Assembly: GCA_964016885.1 (NCBI GenBank)
Contig: OZ024741.1
Coordinates: 32,984,001-33,048,000 of the forward strand
Reading direction: 5' to 3'
From: Eledone cirrhosa
Lineage: Eukaryota
Length of the DNA stretch: 64,000 bases
Below, one piece after another: positions 42,613 to 57,499 of the stretch. A program made the position numbers and the translations under genes. The stretch's first letter is position 1. Each line of letters opens with the position of its first letter. The notes below the pieces were generated by a model. The model ran no database searches and was not told where the DNA came from. It was given only the letters and a program-made list of their open reading frames with translations.

Positions 42613-43235
42613 GGTATTTCGTTCGAAGCAAATTTTATCACTGGGATGTTATCATCAAAAAACACCCTCAAAAAACCCTACTTCCACTCTTGTCATGCCA
42701 TTGGCTGTTTTTACTCCACGTCATCATAAGTTCTGGTCAGTATTTACTGCTACACGGGTCATCAGCAATTTTCCGTCCGACACATTTCAATTGAGTGATG
42801 CTGGGTTCAGTAATTCACACGTCTGTTCACACTCCAGAGTAAGCACCCACACATACGAATATACACACACATATACACACACATGCAGACACAAACACAT
42901 TCGTGCATACACACACGTACGCCTACATGCGCAGACACACACACGCCCACATATATACATATATGTATATATACACACACGCGCTCTCCCTCACTTCCAC
43001 GGACCCAGTCACACCCACTTGTAGATACATATCGCCACAACCCTTATAACGGTTGAATAAGTCGCGCCATATATCCGGTCGAATAAGCATGGCCTACTCA
43101 AACATACTCATATATACATACATACGCGCGCACACATACATACGCACAACCGTATATACATTTATATATATATATATACACACACTCATACACACACATA
43201 TGTACATACACACATACATACACATACATACATAT

Positions 43236-43304
<69 letters not shown>

Positions 43305-44170
43305 CATACACATATATATATACTCACACATGCCCACACATACAAGATGCACATACGTACACAAAATTACATACACACATACATACAGACACACATATAT
43401 ATATATATATATATATACAAAAAAACAACCTAACATGCATACGCACACCCACATATATACATACATATACATACACACATGGAGACATATATACATCTAC
43501 ATATGCATACGCACACGTGCTGCCACATGCATACACCTGCAGATATGCATATTTGCCTACACACACATGTGCTTCCACATATACATATATAAACAAAACC
43601 GTAAATTAAAAATTTAAAATACATTATATAATAAACAAAACACAATATACCATAAAATAACGATAAAATACCATAACATAAAATATAAAATATAAGGTAT
43701 AAAATGTCAATATATTATACAATATGATATATATATATATATATCCCCATATATATATATACATATACACACACATATTGTATAATATATTGACATTTTA
43801 TACATTATAATTTATATTTTATGTTATGGTATTTTACCATTATTTTATGTTATATTGTGTTTTTTATTATATAATGTATTTTCAATTTTTAGTTTACGGT
43901 TTTGTTTATATATGTATATGTGGAAGCACATGTGTGTGTAGGCAGATATGCATATGTGCAGGTGTATGCATGTGGCAGCACGTGTGCGTATGCATATGTA
44001 GATGTATATATGTCTCCATGTGTGTATGTATATGTATGTATATATGTGGGTTTGCGTATGCATGTTAGGTTTTTTTTTGTATATATATATTTATGTGTGT
44101 GTGCGTATGTATGTGACCGTAATTTTGTGTACGTATGTGTATTTTGTATGTATGTGTGGGCATGTGTGAG

Positions 44171-44201
<31 letters not shown>

Positions 44202-44861
44202 ATATATGTGTGTGTATGTATATATATATATGTGTGTGTGTGTGTATATGTATGTATATGTATGTATGTGTGTATGTACATATGTGTGTGTATGAGTGTA
44301 TGTATATATATAAATGTATATAAGGTTGTGCGTATGTATGTGTGCGCGCGTATGTATGTATATATGTGTATGTTTGAGTAGGACATGCTTATCCGACCGG
44401 ATATATGGCGCGACTTATTCAACCGTTATAAGGGTTGTGGCGATATGTATCTACAAGTGGGTGTGACTGGGTCCGTGGAAGTGAGGGAGAGCGCGTGTGT
44501 GTATATATACATATATGTATATATGTGGGGGTGTGTGTGTCTGCGCATGTAGGCGTACGTGTGTGTATGCACGAATGTGTTTGTGTCTGCATGTGTGTGT
44601 ATATGTGTGTGTATATTCGTATGTGTGGGTGCTTACTCTGGAGTGTGAACAGACGTGTGAGATACTGAACCCAGCATCACTCCATTGAAGTGTGTCGGAC
44701 GGAAAATGGCTGATGACCCGTGTAGCAATAAATACTGACCAGAACCTGTTATGACGTGGAGTAAAAACAGCCAATGGCATGACAAGAGTGGAAGAAGGGT
44801 TTATTGTGAGTGTTTTTTTTATAACACCCCAGTGATAAAATTTGCTCCCAACTAAATACCA

Positions 44862-44951
44862 GTGTATGAAAGAACCTGCAGCAGTAGAATCAGCCAGATC
44901 AATACAGGGACCATGTCTCGAGCTACCTGCCGGCGAAACAATTGTAACACG
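44862..44951 (+). ncRNA. Long-stem-II hammerhead, mutated core ATGAAAGA
   Basis: GTGT/ACAC stem I, same stems II and III as 42522-42612. Confidence 0.6.
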
Positions 44952-44992
44952 CAATAAAGTTCAGATGCATCACTGATTTTTCGTTTTCTTTA

Positions 44993-45071
<79 letters not shown>

Positions 45072-45154
45072 AGATCGATGTTGTAGCCGCAGTAGAGAAG
45101 AATTGTTTGAGGCAGTCATGTATTGTTTCCAAAACATCGGGCAAATTTGAAAAT

Positions 45155-45455
45155 TTTAAAGTATATTTGCTTTTAGCAAAGCTGCCACAACGCATATTAA
45201 CTATAAAGTAGCTGATTATGTAGGATAAATATTCCCGGAGACAGGAAGAAATGGACCGAGCTCTTGTAAGATTAGAACACTGCATTTGTCGCAATGGAAT
45301 TGCAGTCGTCCGGCACATGGTAAATACAATGTCCCGTACTCTCAGGCGGCTCTGTTTACTTGTTCCCGCCTTCGGGGTTATTTACTCGACATATACAACT
45401 ATCTCGTAGTTAACATGCACTGTGGCAGCTTTACAAAAAAACAAACATACTTTCA
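45155..45455. mobile_element. Old palindromic MITE
   Basis: AAAGCTGCCACA..TTAACTA inverted to TAGTTAA..TGTGGCAGCTTT. Confidence 0.6.
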
Positions 45456-46067
45456 TAAGTGTGTGTGTATTCTCTTGGTTAATAGAATGCAATATTACTG
45501 TGTTTAGGTGTAACGTCATTTATATTGGATTTACAATGCATTTGTAATTAATGCTGATCTCTTGACTTCTTATATGGACTAAGCAACATATAACATAAAC
45601 GAAATAAGCAGAAAAAAATTATTTACTTTCAAAGCATTAACTTTCAAACTCGATAGTGCATTATTAATACATTACATAGAATCAGATTAGCTAAACCTGT
45701 CGTTGCCTTTCAAATTCAGATTCTTTATATTCTGACAGAAAATTTAAAAAAATATTTAGTGACAAATTTAGCTAATATATATTCTAATATTTCAAACCTA
45801 ACAGAGAAATGTAACATATATTCAAGATATATATATATAAAATAACAATGTAACAGCATATAATATATGTATATACGTTTTAACATGAAAATATAAAATA
45901 TAGTAAAATATTAAATTATAAATGTAGATGTAATATTTATTCTGTAAAATATATATATAAGAAAGTTCTGTAATATGAAATTAATCTGAATTATAATTTT
46001 ACATCCTTTTATAGAAATGACAGCTAAACACAAATGCAAGTTAAATATTCTTTCATTTCCCCTTCAC

Positions 46068-46166
46068 CTGTACATTGTACATAGGTTTAATCTGGATAAA
46101 CGAGTCACCTTGCTCCACAGTGAGCCGACGAAACGTCTCCTGTGTAGTCTTATGGTGAAGCTCCAT
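46068..46166 (-). CDS. Candidate internal coding exon of an unidentified host gene (99 bp, phase 0/0)
   Basis: TCATTTCTTGCAG acceptor, open frame MELHHKTTQETFRRLTVEQGDSFIQIKPMYNVQ, CAG/GTGAAG donor; non-repetitive and more GC-rich than its left flank. Confidence 0.5.
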
Positions 46167-46194
46167 CTGCAAGAAATGACAATCCAACTCATCA

Positions 46195-49100
46195 CAGCCC
46201 ACTGACCAAAACACAACAGCCTACTACCAACCCTCTACAGCCAACTGACCACAACACAACACACTACTACCAACCCTCTACAGCCAACTGACCACAACAC
46301 AACAAACTACTACCAACCCTCTACAGCCAACTGACCACAACACAACACACTACTACCAACCCTCTACAGCCAACTGACCACAACACAACACAACACCCTA
46401 CTACCAACCCTCTACAGTCAACTGACCACAAAACAACACCTACTACCAACCGTCTACAGCCAACTGACCACAACACAACACCCTACTACCAACCCTTCTG
46501 CAGCCAACTGACCACAACACAACACCCTACTACCAACCCTCTACAGCCAACTGACCACAACACAACACACTACTACCAACCCTCTACAGCCAACTGACCA
46601 CAACACAACACCCTACTAGCAACCCTCTACAGCCAACTGACCACAACACAACACCCTACTACCAACCCCCTACAGCCAACTGACCACAACACAACACCCT
46701 ACTACCAGCACTCTACAGCCAACTGACCACAACACAACACCCTACTACCAGCACTCTACAGCCAACTGACCACAACACAACACCCTACTACCAACCCTCT
46801 ACAGCAAACTGACCACAACACAACACCCTACTACCAACCCTCTACAGTCAACAGACCACAACACAACACCCTACTACCAACCCTCTACAGCCAACTGACC
46901 ACAACACAACACCCTACTACCAACACTCTATAGCCAACTGACCACAACAAAGCACTGTACTACCAACCCTCTACAGCCAACTGACCACAACACAACACCC
47001 TACTACCAGCACTCTACAGCCAATTGACCACAACACAACACCCTACTACCAACCCTCTACAGCCAACTGACCACAACACAACACACTACTACCAACCCTC
47101 TACAGCCAACTGACCACAACACAACACACTACTACCAACCCTTCTGCAGCCAACTGACCACAACACAACACCCTACTACCAACCCTCTACAGCCAACTGA
47201 CAACAACACCACACACTACTACCAACCCTCTACAGTCAACTGACCACAACACAACACCCTACTACCAACCCTCTACAGCCAACTGACCACAACACAACAC
47301 CATACTACCAACACCCTACAGCCAACTGACCACAACACAACACCCTACTACCAGCACTCTACAGCCAACTGACCACAACACAACACCCTACTACAAGCAC
47401 TCTACAGCCAACTGACCACAACACAACACCCTACTACCAACCCTCTACAGCAATCTGACCACAACACAACACCCTACTACCAACCATCTACAGTCAACTG
47501 ACCACAACACAACACCCTACTACCAACCCTCTACAGCCAACTGACCACAACACAACACCCTACTACCAACACTATATAGCCAACTGACCACAACACAACA
47601 CACTACTACCAAAACTCTACAGCCAACTGACCACAACACAACACCCTACTACCAGCACTCTACAGCCAACTGACCACAACACAACACCTTACTACCAACC
47701 CTCTACGGCCAACTGACCACAACACAACACCCTACTACCAACCCTCTACAGCCAACTGACAACAACACCACACACTACTACCAACCCTCTACAGTCAACT
47801 GACCACAACACAACACCCTACTACCAACCCTCTACAGCCAACTGACCACAACACAACACCCTACTACCAACACTCTATAGCCAACTGACCACAACACAAC
47901 ACTCTACTACCAACCCTCTACAGCCAACTTACCACAACACAACACCCTACTACCAAACCTCTACAGCCAACTGACCACAACACAACACCCTACTACCAGC
48001 ACTCTACAGCCAACTGACCACAACACAACACCCTACTACCAACCCTCTACAGCAAACTGACCACAACACAACACCCTACTACCAACCATCTACAGTCAAC
48101 TGACCACAACACAACACCCTACTACCAACCCTCTACAGCCAACTGACCACAACACAACACCCTACTACCAACACTCTATAGCCAACTGACCACAACGCAA
48201 CACTCTACTACAAACCCTCTACAGCCAACTGACCACAACACAACACCCTACTACCAGCACTCTACAGCCAACTGACCACAACACAACAGCCTACTACCAA
48301 CCCTCTACAGGCAATTGACCACAACACAACACCATACTACCAACTCTCTACAGCCAACTTGCCACAACACAACACCCTACTACCAAGCCTCTACAGCCAA
48401 CTGACCACAACACAACACACTACTACCAACCCTCTACGGCCAACTGACCACAACACAACACACTACTACCAACCCTCTACAGCCAACTGACAACAACACA
48501 ACACCCTACTACCAACCCTCTACAGCCAACTGACAACAACACCACACACTACTACCAACCCTCTACAGTCAACTGACCACAACACAACACCCTACTACCA
48601 ACCCTCTACAGCCAACTGACCACAACACAACACCCTACTACCAGCACTCTACAGCCAACTGACCACAACACAACACCCTACTACCAACCCTCTACAGCAA
48701 ACTGACCACAACACAACACCCTACTACCAACCATCTACAGTCAACTGACCACAACACAACACCCTACTACCAACCCTCTACAGCCAACTGACCACAACAC
48801 AACACCCTACTACCAACACTCTATAACCAACTGACCACAACGCAACACTCTACTACCAACCCTCTACAGCCAACTGACCACAACACAACACCCTACTACC
48901 AACCCTCTACAGGCAATTGACCACAACACAACACCCTGCTACCAACCCTCTACAGCCAACTTACCACAACACAACAACCTACTACCAACCCTCTACAGCC
49001 AACTGACCACAACACAACACACTACTACCAACCCTCTACAGGCAATTGACCACAACACAACGCCCTACTACCAACCCTCTACAGCCAACTTACCACAACA

Positions 49101-52100
49101 CAACACCCTACTACCAACCCTCTACAGCCAACTGACCACAACACAACACACTACTACCAACCCTCTACGGCCAACTGACAACAAAACAACACACTACTAC
49201 CAACCCTCTACGGCCAACTGACAACAAAACAACACCCTACTACCAACCCTCTACAGCCAACTTAGCACAACGCAACACCCTACTACCAACCCTCTACAGC
49301 CAACTGACCACAACACAACACACTACTACCAACCCTCTACGGCCAACTGACAACAAAACAACACCCTACTACCAACCCTCTACAGTCAACTGACCACAAC
49401 ACAACACCCTACTACCAACTCCCTACAGCCAACTGACCACAACACAACACACTACTACCAACCCTCTACAGCCAACTGACCACAACACAACACCCTACTA
49501 CCAACTCCCTACAGCCAACTGACCACAACACAACACACTACTACCAACCCTCTACAGCCAACTGACCACAAAACAACACCCTACTACCAACCCTCTACAG
49601 CCAACTGACCACAACACAACACACTACTACCAACCCTCTACAGCCAACTGACCACAAAACAACACCCTACTACCAACCCTCTACAGTCAACTGACCACAA
49701 CACAACACCCTACTACCAACTCCCTACAGCCAACTGACCACAACACAACACACTACTACCAACCCTCTACAGCCAACTGACCACAACACAACACCCTACT
49801 ACCAACCCTCTACAGCCAACTGACCACAACACAACACACTACTACCAACCCTCTACTGGCAACTGACCACAACACAACACCCTACTACCAACTCCCTACA
49901 GCCAACTGACCACAACACAACACACTACTACCAACCCTCTACAGCCAACTGACCACAACACAACACCCTACTACCAACCCTCTACTGGCAACTGACCACA
50001 ACACAACACACTACTACCAACCCTCTACAGCCAACTGACCACAACACAACACACTACTACCAACCCTCTACTGGCAACTGACCACAATACAACACCCTAC
50101 TACCAACTCCCTACAGCCAACTGACCACAACACAACACCCTACTACCAACCCTCTACTGGCAACTGACCACAACACAACACCCTACTACCAACCCTCTAC
50201 AGCCAACTGACCACAACACAACACCCTACTACCAACCCTCTACAGCCAACTGACAACACCACACACTACTACCAACCCTCTACAGCCAACTGACCACAAC
50301 ACAACACACTACTACCAACCCTCTACTGGCAACTGACCACAACACAACACCCTACTACCAACCCTCTACAGGCAACTGACCACAACACCACACACTACTA
50401 CCAACCCTCTACAGCCAACTGACAACACCACACACTACTACCAACCCTCTACAGCCAACTGACCACAACACAACACTACTACCAACCCTCTACTGGCAAC
50501 TGACAACACCACAACACCCTACTACCAACCCTCTACAGCCAACTGACAACAACACCACACTCTACTACCAACCCTCTACTGGCAACTGACCACAACACAA
50601 CACCCTACTACCAACCCTCTACAGCCAACTGACCACAACACAACACCCTACTACCAACCCTCTACAGGCAACTGACCACAACACAACACCCTACTACCAA
50701 CCCTCTACAGCCAACTGACCACAACACAACACCCTACTACCAACCCTCTACAGGCAACTGACCACAACACAACACCCTACTACCAACCCTCTACAGCCAA
50801 CTGACAACACCACACACTACTACCAACCCTCTACAGCCAACTGACCACAACACAACACCCTACTACCAACCCTCTACAGCCAACTGACCACAACACAACA
50901 CCCTACTACCAACCCTCTACAGCCAACTGACCACAACACAACACCCTACTACCAACCCTCTACAGCCAACTGACCACAACACAACACCCTACTACCAACC
51001 CTCTACAGCCAACTGACCACAACACAACACCCTACTACCAACCCTCTACAGGCAACTGACCACAACACAACACCCTACTACCAACCCTCTACAGCCAACT
51101 GACCACAACACAACACCCTACTACCAACCCTCTACAGGCAACTGACCACAACTCAACACCCTACTACCAACCCTCTACAGCCAACTGACAACACCACACA
51201 CTACTACCAACCCTCTACAGCCAACTGACCACAACACAACACCCTACTACCAACCCTCTACAGCCAACTGACCACAACACAACACCCTACTACCAACCCT
51301 CTACAGCCAACTGACCACAACACAACACCCTACTACCAACCCTCTACAGGCAACTGACCACAACACAACACCCTACTACCAACCCTCTACAGCCAACTGA
51401 CCACAACACAACACCCTACTACCAACCCTCTACAGGCAACTGACCACAACACAACACACTACTACCAACCCTCTACAGCCAACTGACAACACCACACACT
51501 ACTACCAACCCTCTACTGGCAACTGACAACACCACACACTACTACCAACCCTCTACAGGCAACTGACCACAACACAACACCCTACTACCAACCCTCTACA
51601 GCCAACTGACAACACCACACACTACTACCAACCCTCTACAGCCAACTGACAACACCACACACTACTACCAACCCTCTACAGCCAACTGACCACAACACAA
51701 CACCCTACTACCAACCCTCTACAGCCAACTGACAACACCACACACTACTACCAACCCTCTACAGCCAACTGACCACAACACAATACCCTACTACCAACCC
51801 TCTACAGCCAACTGACCACAACACAACACCCTACTACCAACCCTCTACAGGCAACTGACCACAACACAACACCCTACTACCAACCCTCTACAGCCAACTG
51901 ACAACACCACACACTACTACCAACCCTCTACAGCCAACTGACAACACCACACACTACTACCAACCCTCTACAGCCAACTGACCACAACACAACACCCTAC
52001 TACCAACCCTCTACAGCCAACTGACCACAACACAACACCCTACTACCAACCCTCTACAGCCAACTGACCAGATCACAACATCCTACTACCAACCCTCTAT

Positions 52101-52105
52101 AGCCA
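46195..52105. repeat. 43-bp minisatellite, roughly 138 copies, with 40-bp variants
   Basis: Unit CAGCCAACTGACCACAACACAACACCCTACTACCAACCCTCTA; ACTGACC at 46201 and 46244. Confidence 0.97.
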
Positions 52106-52278
52106 TTGGTAGATGGTCGGACGCCATGCTTTGACGCACAGAGTTACGGCCCTTTCCAGCCTGAGTTCAAATCCCGCCGTGGTTAAATTTGTCTTTCATC
52201 CTTACGGGTTCGATAAAATAAAGTACCAGTAATACACTGCGATAATTGCTGGCCTTGTGTCAAAAGTAGAAACAATTG
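52106..52278 (+). mobile_element. tRNA-derived SINE abutting the satellite end
   Basis: B box GAGTTCAAATCC and family core. Confidence 0.85.
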
Positions 52279-52442
52279 TTACCTGTATATGGATATACAT
52301 TTATTACAGATATTATTACCTGTATGTATATGGATATACATTTATTACAGATATTATTACTTGTATGTATGGATATACATTTATTACAGATATTATTACC
52401 TGTATATATAGATATACATTTATTACAGATATTATTACTTGT
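52279..52442. repeat. Tandem repeat of about 38-42 bp, 4 copies
   Basis: GATATACATTTATTACAGATATTATTAC recurs. Confidence 0.88.
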
Positions 52443-53379
52443 CCAACCTAATATATAGTTCTGTAATTATGTCTGTGAAAAAGAAAAGGTTGAGAGTTGA
52501 ATCAAAATTTCAGCTGTTTGAGAAAACGAATTGCTAGTATTTGAAGACAAATCATAGGTGTGGGGGAGGAATCTGCTGTGGTGACCACATCACCATTATA
52601 AAGTAGAAAAGTATTGGCAGAACCCAAAGCCTATAATGAGTAGTGTGCCCTTCACACAGTTGTTCAATGTGGTACGTCAGATTCGCAAGAATATTTCCGA
52701 AAGACTGACAAAGGAATATCAACTTGACAAAGGAATATCAACGTTTTATTCAACATTTCAACGATGTCTGTCGTGGCAAAGGAGCAGTACTCAGCCGTGG
52801 AGCTCATGAGATGTTCTGAAGTACATGTTTAAGAACTAGCTGACCGTCTGAAAAAGAATATCTGCTGAGTATGGTTATATCGGTTCTTCTTTTAGGCCAG
52901 TCAGCAACACGTCTTCTGTTTTATGCATTACTATTGGGTTTTTTCAATACGCTGACGCGGGTGTGTATATGTATGCACGTGTGTGTATGTACATATGCAT
53001 ACATTTATATGTATGTGTATATAAATATAAACGCACAAACACAGACAGACTAACAAAAATATGCACTCACAGACATACATTCACACAAATATGAATACAC
53101 TCATATAAACACACACATACACATATACATTTACACAAATACACACATACAAATACACGCACACACATCATATTAAATAGAACGCCAGCCGATGTTTTGC
53201 TATAGTTCTTTCCCTATCCCTTTCCTTGCTTTTACACACATACATTCACACAAACACACACCCACACATTATGTGACGGACGGGCGGACGGGAGTAGCTC
53301 AAATTTATATATAGATGAATATGAGGGAGGAAATCTCTCAGGCGATAGGGAATGTCGAGTAAATTACGTTTACAGTTGA

Positions 53380-53506
53380 TATAGGAAAAGAGTCAGGACC
53401 CCTACGGCTGAGCTGACTCTTTTCCTGTTACCCACTCTACTACCCTCGGTACTGAGAACTCTGGTGCGTTATGGTCCACCTGGTATCTTACCACACACGC
53501 TTTGTT
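53380..53506 (+). mobile_element. pLTR-like remnant with short inverted head
   Basis: AGGAAAAGAGTCAG/CTGACTCTTTTCCT plus family tail. Confidence 0.65.
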
Positions 53507-53789
53507 GAAAAGGTTGATGAGGGATTGGCCGAAGAGAAAAGTGTCTGTCTTTAATCCTTTCAGCCTGGTCCACCACACAACCTCTTTCGCTACGACTCGT
53601 GGGATTTCTGGAAGTTATCCATAGTCCCCGGCTCAAATGTCCTCCGGTCAGTTCGATTTCGTCGGCTCCTAGCGCTTCTCAAAGAGTGTCGTCGCACTTG
53701 CCCACCACTAATACACTATAGAACTCTGGAGTGTGATTTCCAGTCCGCATTGCGGCCTATATATATATATATGATACCAGATGTCTTAT

Positions 53790-54315
53790 CTAACTTTTGT
53801 AGTTGGTTTTAATGAGACTATCATTAATGATAACTGGTATGTCCAGAAGAAATTGCCAGCATTGGTTGAACGAGGTGGAAGATATTATCAGACAGAGATC
53901 CTTTTGACAACCATCTTACTGAAAGCAGTACCATACAGCCTGTATTCTTTGAGCAGACTATTTTTGAATTATTGAAGTTTCAGTTCATGCACATGAATGC
54001 AGTTTACATCTTTCATCACATCTTCAAATCTACAAGACTGAAGAGCAACAACGCTTTCCTGATAAATAATGTAGTGTTATTTAAAGAGAGGAGTTACACA
54101 CATGTTATTATGCAATATAGCTAGCACCCTTCAGAAGTAAGAAAGAATATATTTTGGACAGGAATGTTGAACATCTCAATGACATTAATGCTGTACTTCA
54201 AAATATCCTCTCTTCTGGGTTTGCTTTTCGAAGGATATAGAGCAAATAAATTTTCGATCACTTCGACATCATTATTGATGTTACGGATGAAAATACTGCA
54301 CTACGCGATGTCGTC

Positions 54316-54348
<33 letters not shown>

Positions 54349-54860
54349 CCGGCTGCTGACGTTCCGATCTTGCGGAGAAGCTCGGCAGTACGGGGTTCAA
54401 GTGCGCCTGAGGTCTCGACGGTGACCGGTGCGTAGAGGAAGAGGGCGGACAAACCCCGGTATTTGTTTATCTTCCTTTCCTCTGAATGGCGGGCCGCGGT
54501 ACCGGGGTTTGTGGCCGAAGCGACTAAGTTAGAGGCGGAGAAAATGTCATAAATGACAAACAAGCTGCATTGCAGCCTTCATTCCGAAGATATTATTCTT
54601 GTGTCTGATAAAATTGATAGGGAGTCGAATTATGTTCTCAAACGACACCATCATATGGTGTCTGTATTGAATTTCTAGAAAGATGTTCATCAGAAAAATC
54701 TTGGTGGTCTAGAAAATGTTCTCTCCGTTTCACTCAACATATTGCTGTGAGCAAGAATTTTCAGTGTTAAACTCTGTTAGAACAAGAACAATAACAGTCT
54801 CAAATCTCAACATTCTTCTGAAGTCATTAATGAATCTGCAGCTGCCTTTAGCTAGACGTT
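53790..54860 (-). pseudogene. Decayed hAT (SPIN/Buster/GTF2IRD2-like) transposase
   Basis: Minus-strand TDDIA*CSIFIRNINNDVEVIENLFAL...REDIL, HYIIYQES (HCIIHQE-like), RWLSKG. Confidence 0.72.
54349..54548 (-). pseudogene. CRE-clade LINE restriction-like endonuclease fragment
   Basis: GTAARHSEERKINKY...YAPVTVETSGAL motif. Confidence 0.7.
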
Positions 54861-55487
54861 GAGAAACTCAACCAAAATGAATAAATACACCATTCACATT
54901 AATTTAAACACTTATACGCAGAATATTTTGACACTTTAACTATAGAAAGGTAATAACGTGTTTGTTTAGGTAAAAAGTATTATTTGAGAACATTTTTTTT
55001 GTTTTAAAGTATTATATCCATCACTCTCATTTCAGCTCCTTGATCAAACTCATCTGGTGAGGTAGTTAAGAAATTCACAAATTTCAGGCCCCAGATTCGT
55101 TTCTTTTGCGACGCATTCTGGACAAGTATCTATTTTCATAGCGTCGGGGCGACCCAAATCTCTTGGGTGAAATTTTATATGTCGAGTAGTATTTTATATG
55201 AATCTGTAATTCAAAAGTTCAAATTTGTGGTACCCTTTGTTTTGCTGATTCTGACTCGGAATCGCGTTATTTGGGAAATACTCAGCCTAGTGTACGCTAC
55301 TTAACCGAACCTGTAGTTCAGTTAACTGAACAACTGAATACTCATCGACAAAACAATTGAGAGACATTTCAAAGTTTACTATATATGAGAGACATGTGAC
55401 CTCAAGAATAATATGAAGAAATGACCTGTATTTAAAAGTTTGAGGAATTCCGATTTATACATGGAAATCGAAATTATGTTCGTGCGA

Positions 55488-55730
55488 ATATCGAAACCAC
55501 GTCGCAAGTTAATGGAGAAGTATGAAATATCGAATCTATGTCACAAGTTATCACACTAGTGTGGAATATCGTAACTACGTCACAAGTTATCACAGTATGT
55601 GACAAGATATGAGAGTAGTATGCACTATCAAAGCTACGTCACAAGTTATGACAGTAGTATGGACTATTGAAACTACGTCACAAGTTATGACAGTAGTATG
55701 GAATGTCGAAACTACGTCACAATTTATCAC
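55488..55730. repeat. 39-bp tandem repeat, about 6 copies
   Basis: ATCGAAACTACGTCACAAGTTAT recurs; resumes at 56050 after an insertion. Confidence 0.8.
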
Positions 55731-56045
55731 AGATACCGGAGCTTGTCCGGCCTCTTCCTCTTTGCACCGGTTACCGTCCAGACCTCAGGCATCATCGAAC
55801 CCCAGACAGCAGACATCCTCCGTAAAATCAGATCGATAGCAGCCCGTCCGTGGAAAGAGCCCCACGAGTTGGGGTGACTATCGCAGCCTGTGTCGCTGAC
55901 AATTGTCCACGAAAGTGCATTAGCCAATTTGTCCGGGGGGCGTCGCCGAAACAACGACCTGACCTAGAGTCTCTCGTCTTCCATTGTTTATATATCCTTT
56001 GTTTGGTAATCCTTGCCTTTGACCTGTTATCGTAGAAGTAAGAAA
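55731..56045 (+). pseudogene. CRE-clade LINE 3' end
   Basis: RYRSLSGLFLFAPVTVQTSG...EPHELG*LSQPVSLTIVHESA; homologous to 54349-54548. Confidence 0.7.
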
Positions 56046-56506
56046 TAGCAAACTACGTCATAACTTATCACAGAAGTATTAAAGATCATAATGAAACAAT
56101 TTTTGTTATATATATAATAAGTTCTCTCATTTTTACATACATTACATTAAGTAGTATTTCTTATCATGTATATCTCATCTGAATGTAACTATTAGTAAAT
56201 ACTAAGTAGTGCACACATCACATTGCAAACACAGACATATATCAGTATATATGTATGTATGTATTTATGTACGTACGTGTGTATGTATGTACTTCTGGTT
56301 TTATAATTTCACAAATGTTTACCAATAGAGAGATTCGGTTTCCAACATAGACACAATACTCTCTCATTGGAATTTACACAACATCAACTAGGTAGATATG
56401 TATGCATGTGTAGATATGGATATTATTGTATGCGTTGATGTGTATGTTTTGAGCTGTATGTGTGCATGTGGATATACTTATATCTGTACATGTGTATATG
56501 CAGTTA

Positions 56507-57409
56507 TTAGATGCAACATTTTTGGAATGTTTTACATATTTTTACTGTTCCATTAATGGATTGTACTTGTAATTTCCTAACTAGTTGTGTTCTTTCTGTT
56601 CCTATGAAGCCCAGCTTCTCAAGATTTGTACTGAGGGAGTTACTAACATATCCCAGTGCCTCAATAATCACAGGCATAAATCTGAAGGTATAATCAGGGT
56701 GGAGTATCTGCAGATTTCTCATCAGTTCTGCATAAATATTCTCCTTTTCGCTAATCTTTGATATTATATTTGCATCTGCTGGGCAGCTAACTTCCACTAC
56801 TGTGCATGCCTTCTTCCCCCTGTTCCATATCATAATATGTGGTCTGTTATGCCTGCATTTTATTGGGGATTTTACTGGAACATTCCACCAGTTCTCTTTC
56901 ATATTATGTATATGTATGTCTTCCACATTGCTGTAGCTTTTAATGTGTTTATTATCGGGGCTATCTTTTCTATGGATTGCATTATACAGTGTTTTGGCCA
57001 CTACAACATGCCTCATAGGTAGATAGAACCGCGCTGACATCATTGGACAGCTGCGTATGACATGGGTGACATCTTCGATGTTAATTCTGCAGAGTCTGCA
57101 CTTGTTATCACATCTAAGTGTTTTGCCTGCATCCCTATCTCTTTTGTGAATCAGGTATTTCGTGTTGATTTCCTGTTCTTGGATTGCAAAAGCGTATCCT
57201 TCAAAGTGGGAGCCAATATAGCGGTGGTTGGTCCAAGATAGACTACTTTCTTTATCTATATTACTCTCACTCTGGAGCTTCCTGGCAACATATCCATGCA
57301 TGGTTTTTTGCTGATAAGCATGCAGTTTTTCACTGCATGGATTCACTGCGATACTGCTGACTGACTTCCCTGGATGTGAGTTTTTGATTATCACACAGGG
57401 AATACCCAT
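56507..57409 (-). pseudogene. R4/Dong LINE C-terminus: CCHC knuckle and restriction-like endonuclease
   Basis: MHGY, AIQEQEINTK, CRLCR..IEDVTHVI.SC, MRH, NRPHI, VEVSCP, EKENIY. Confidence 0.88.
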
Positions 57410-57499
57410 CGAGCAGTTCCTTCCAAACTCTCATGATCTTATCTGTTTCATGCAGATAGACTTGCTCAAGAGACGGGTCCCTACGCTTTGAGGTTCGTA

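Larger units (their letters stand above)
42484..44994. repeat. 2.5-kb inverted repeat (about 1.24-kb arms, about 45-bp spacer) made of a PLE-like 3' UTR/pLTR
   Basis: 42484-43727 inverted to 43773-44984 with scattered differences; HHRs at both outer ends. Confidence 0.88.

Noticed and set aside
44713-44940. CTGATGA at 44710 pairing through a 200-nt stem II to GAAA at 44935
   Set aside because: No stem I; the closer core at 44866 fits the family alignment
46195-52105. CRISPR-like array or mucin-like coding repeat
   Set aside because: No unique spacers, eukaryotic context, unit length not a multiple of three and frequent stops
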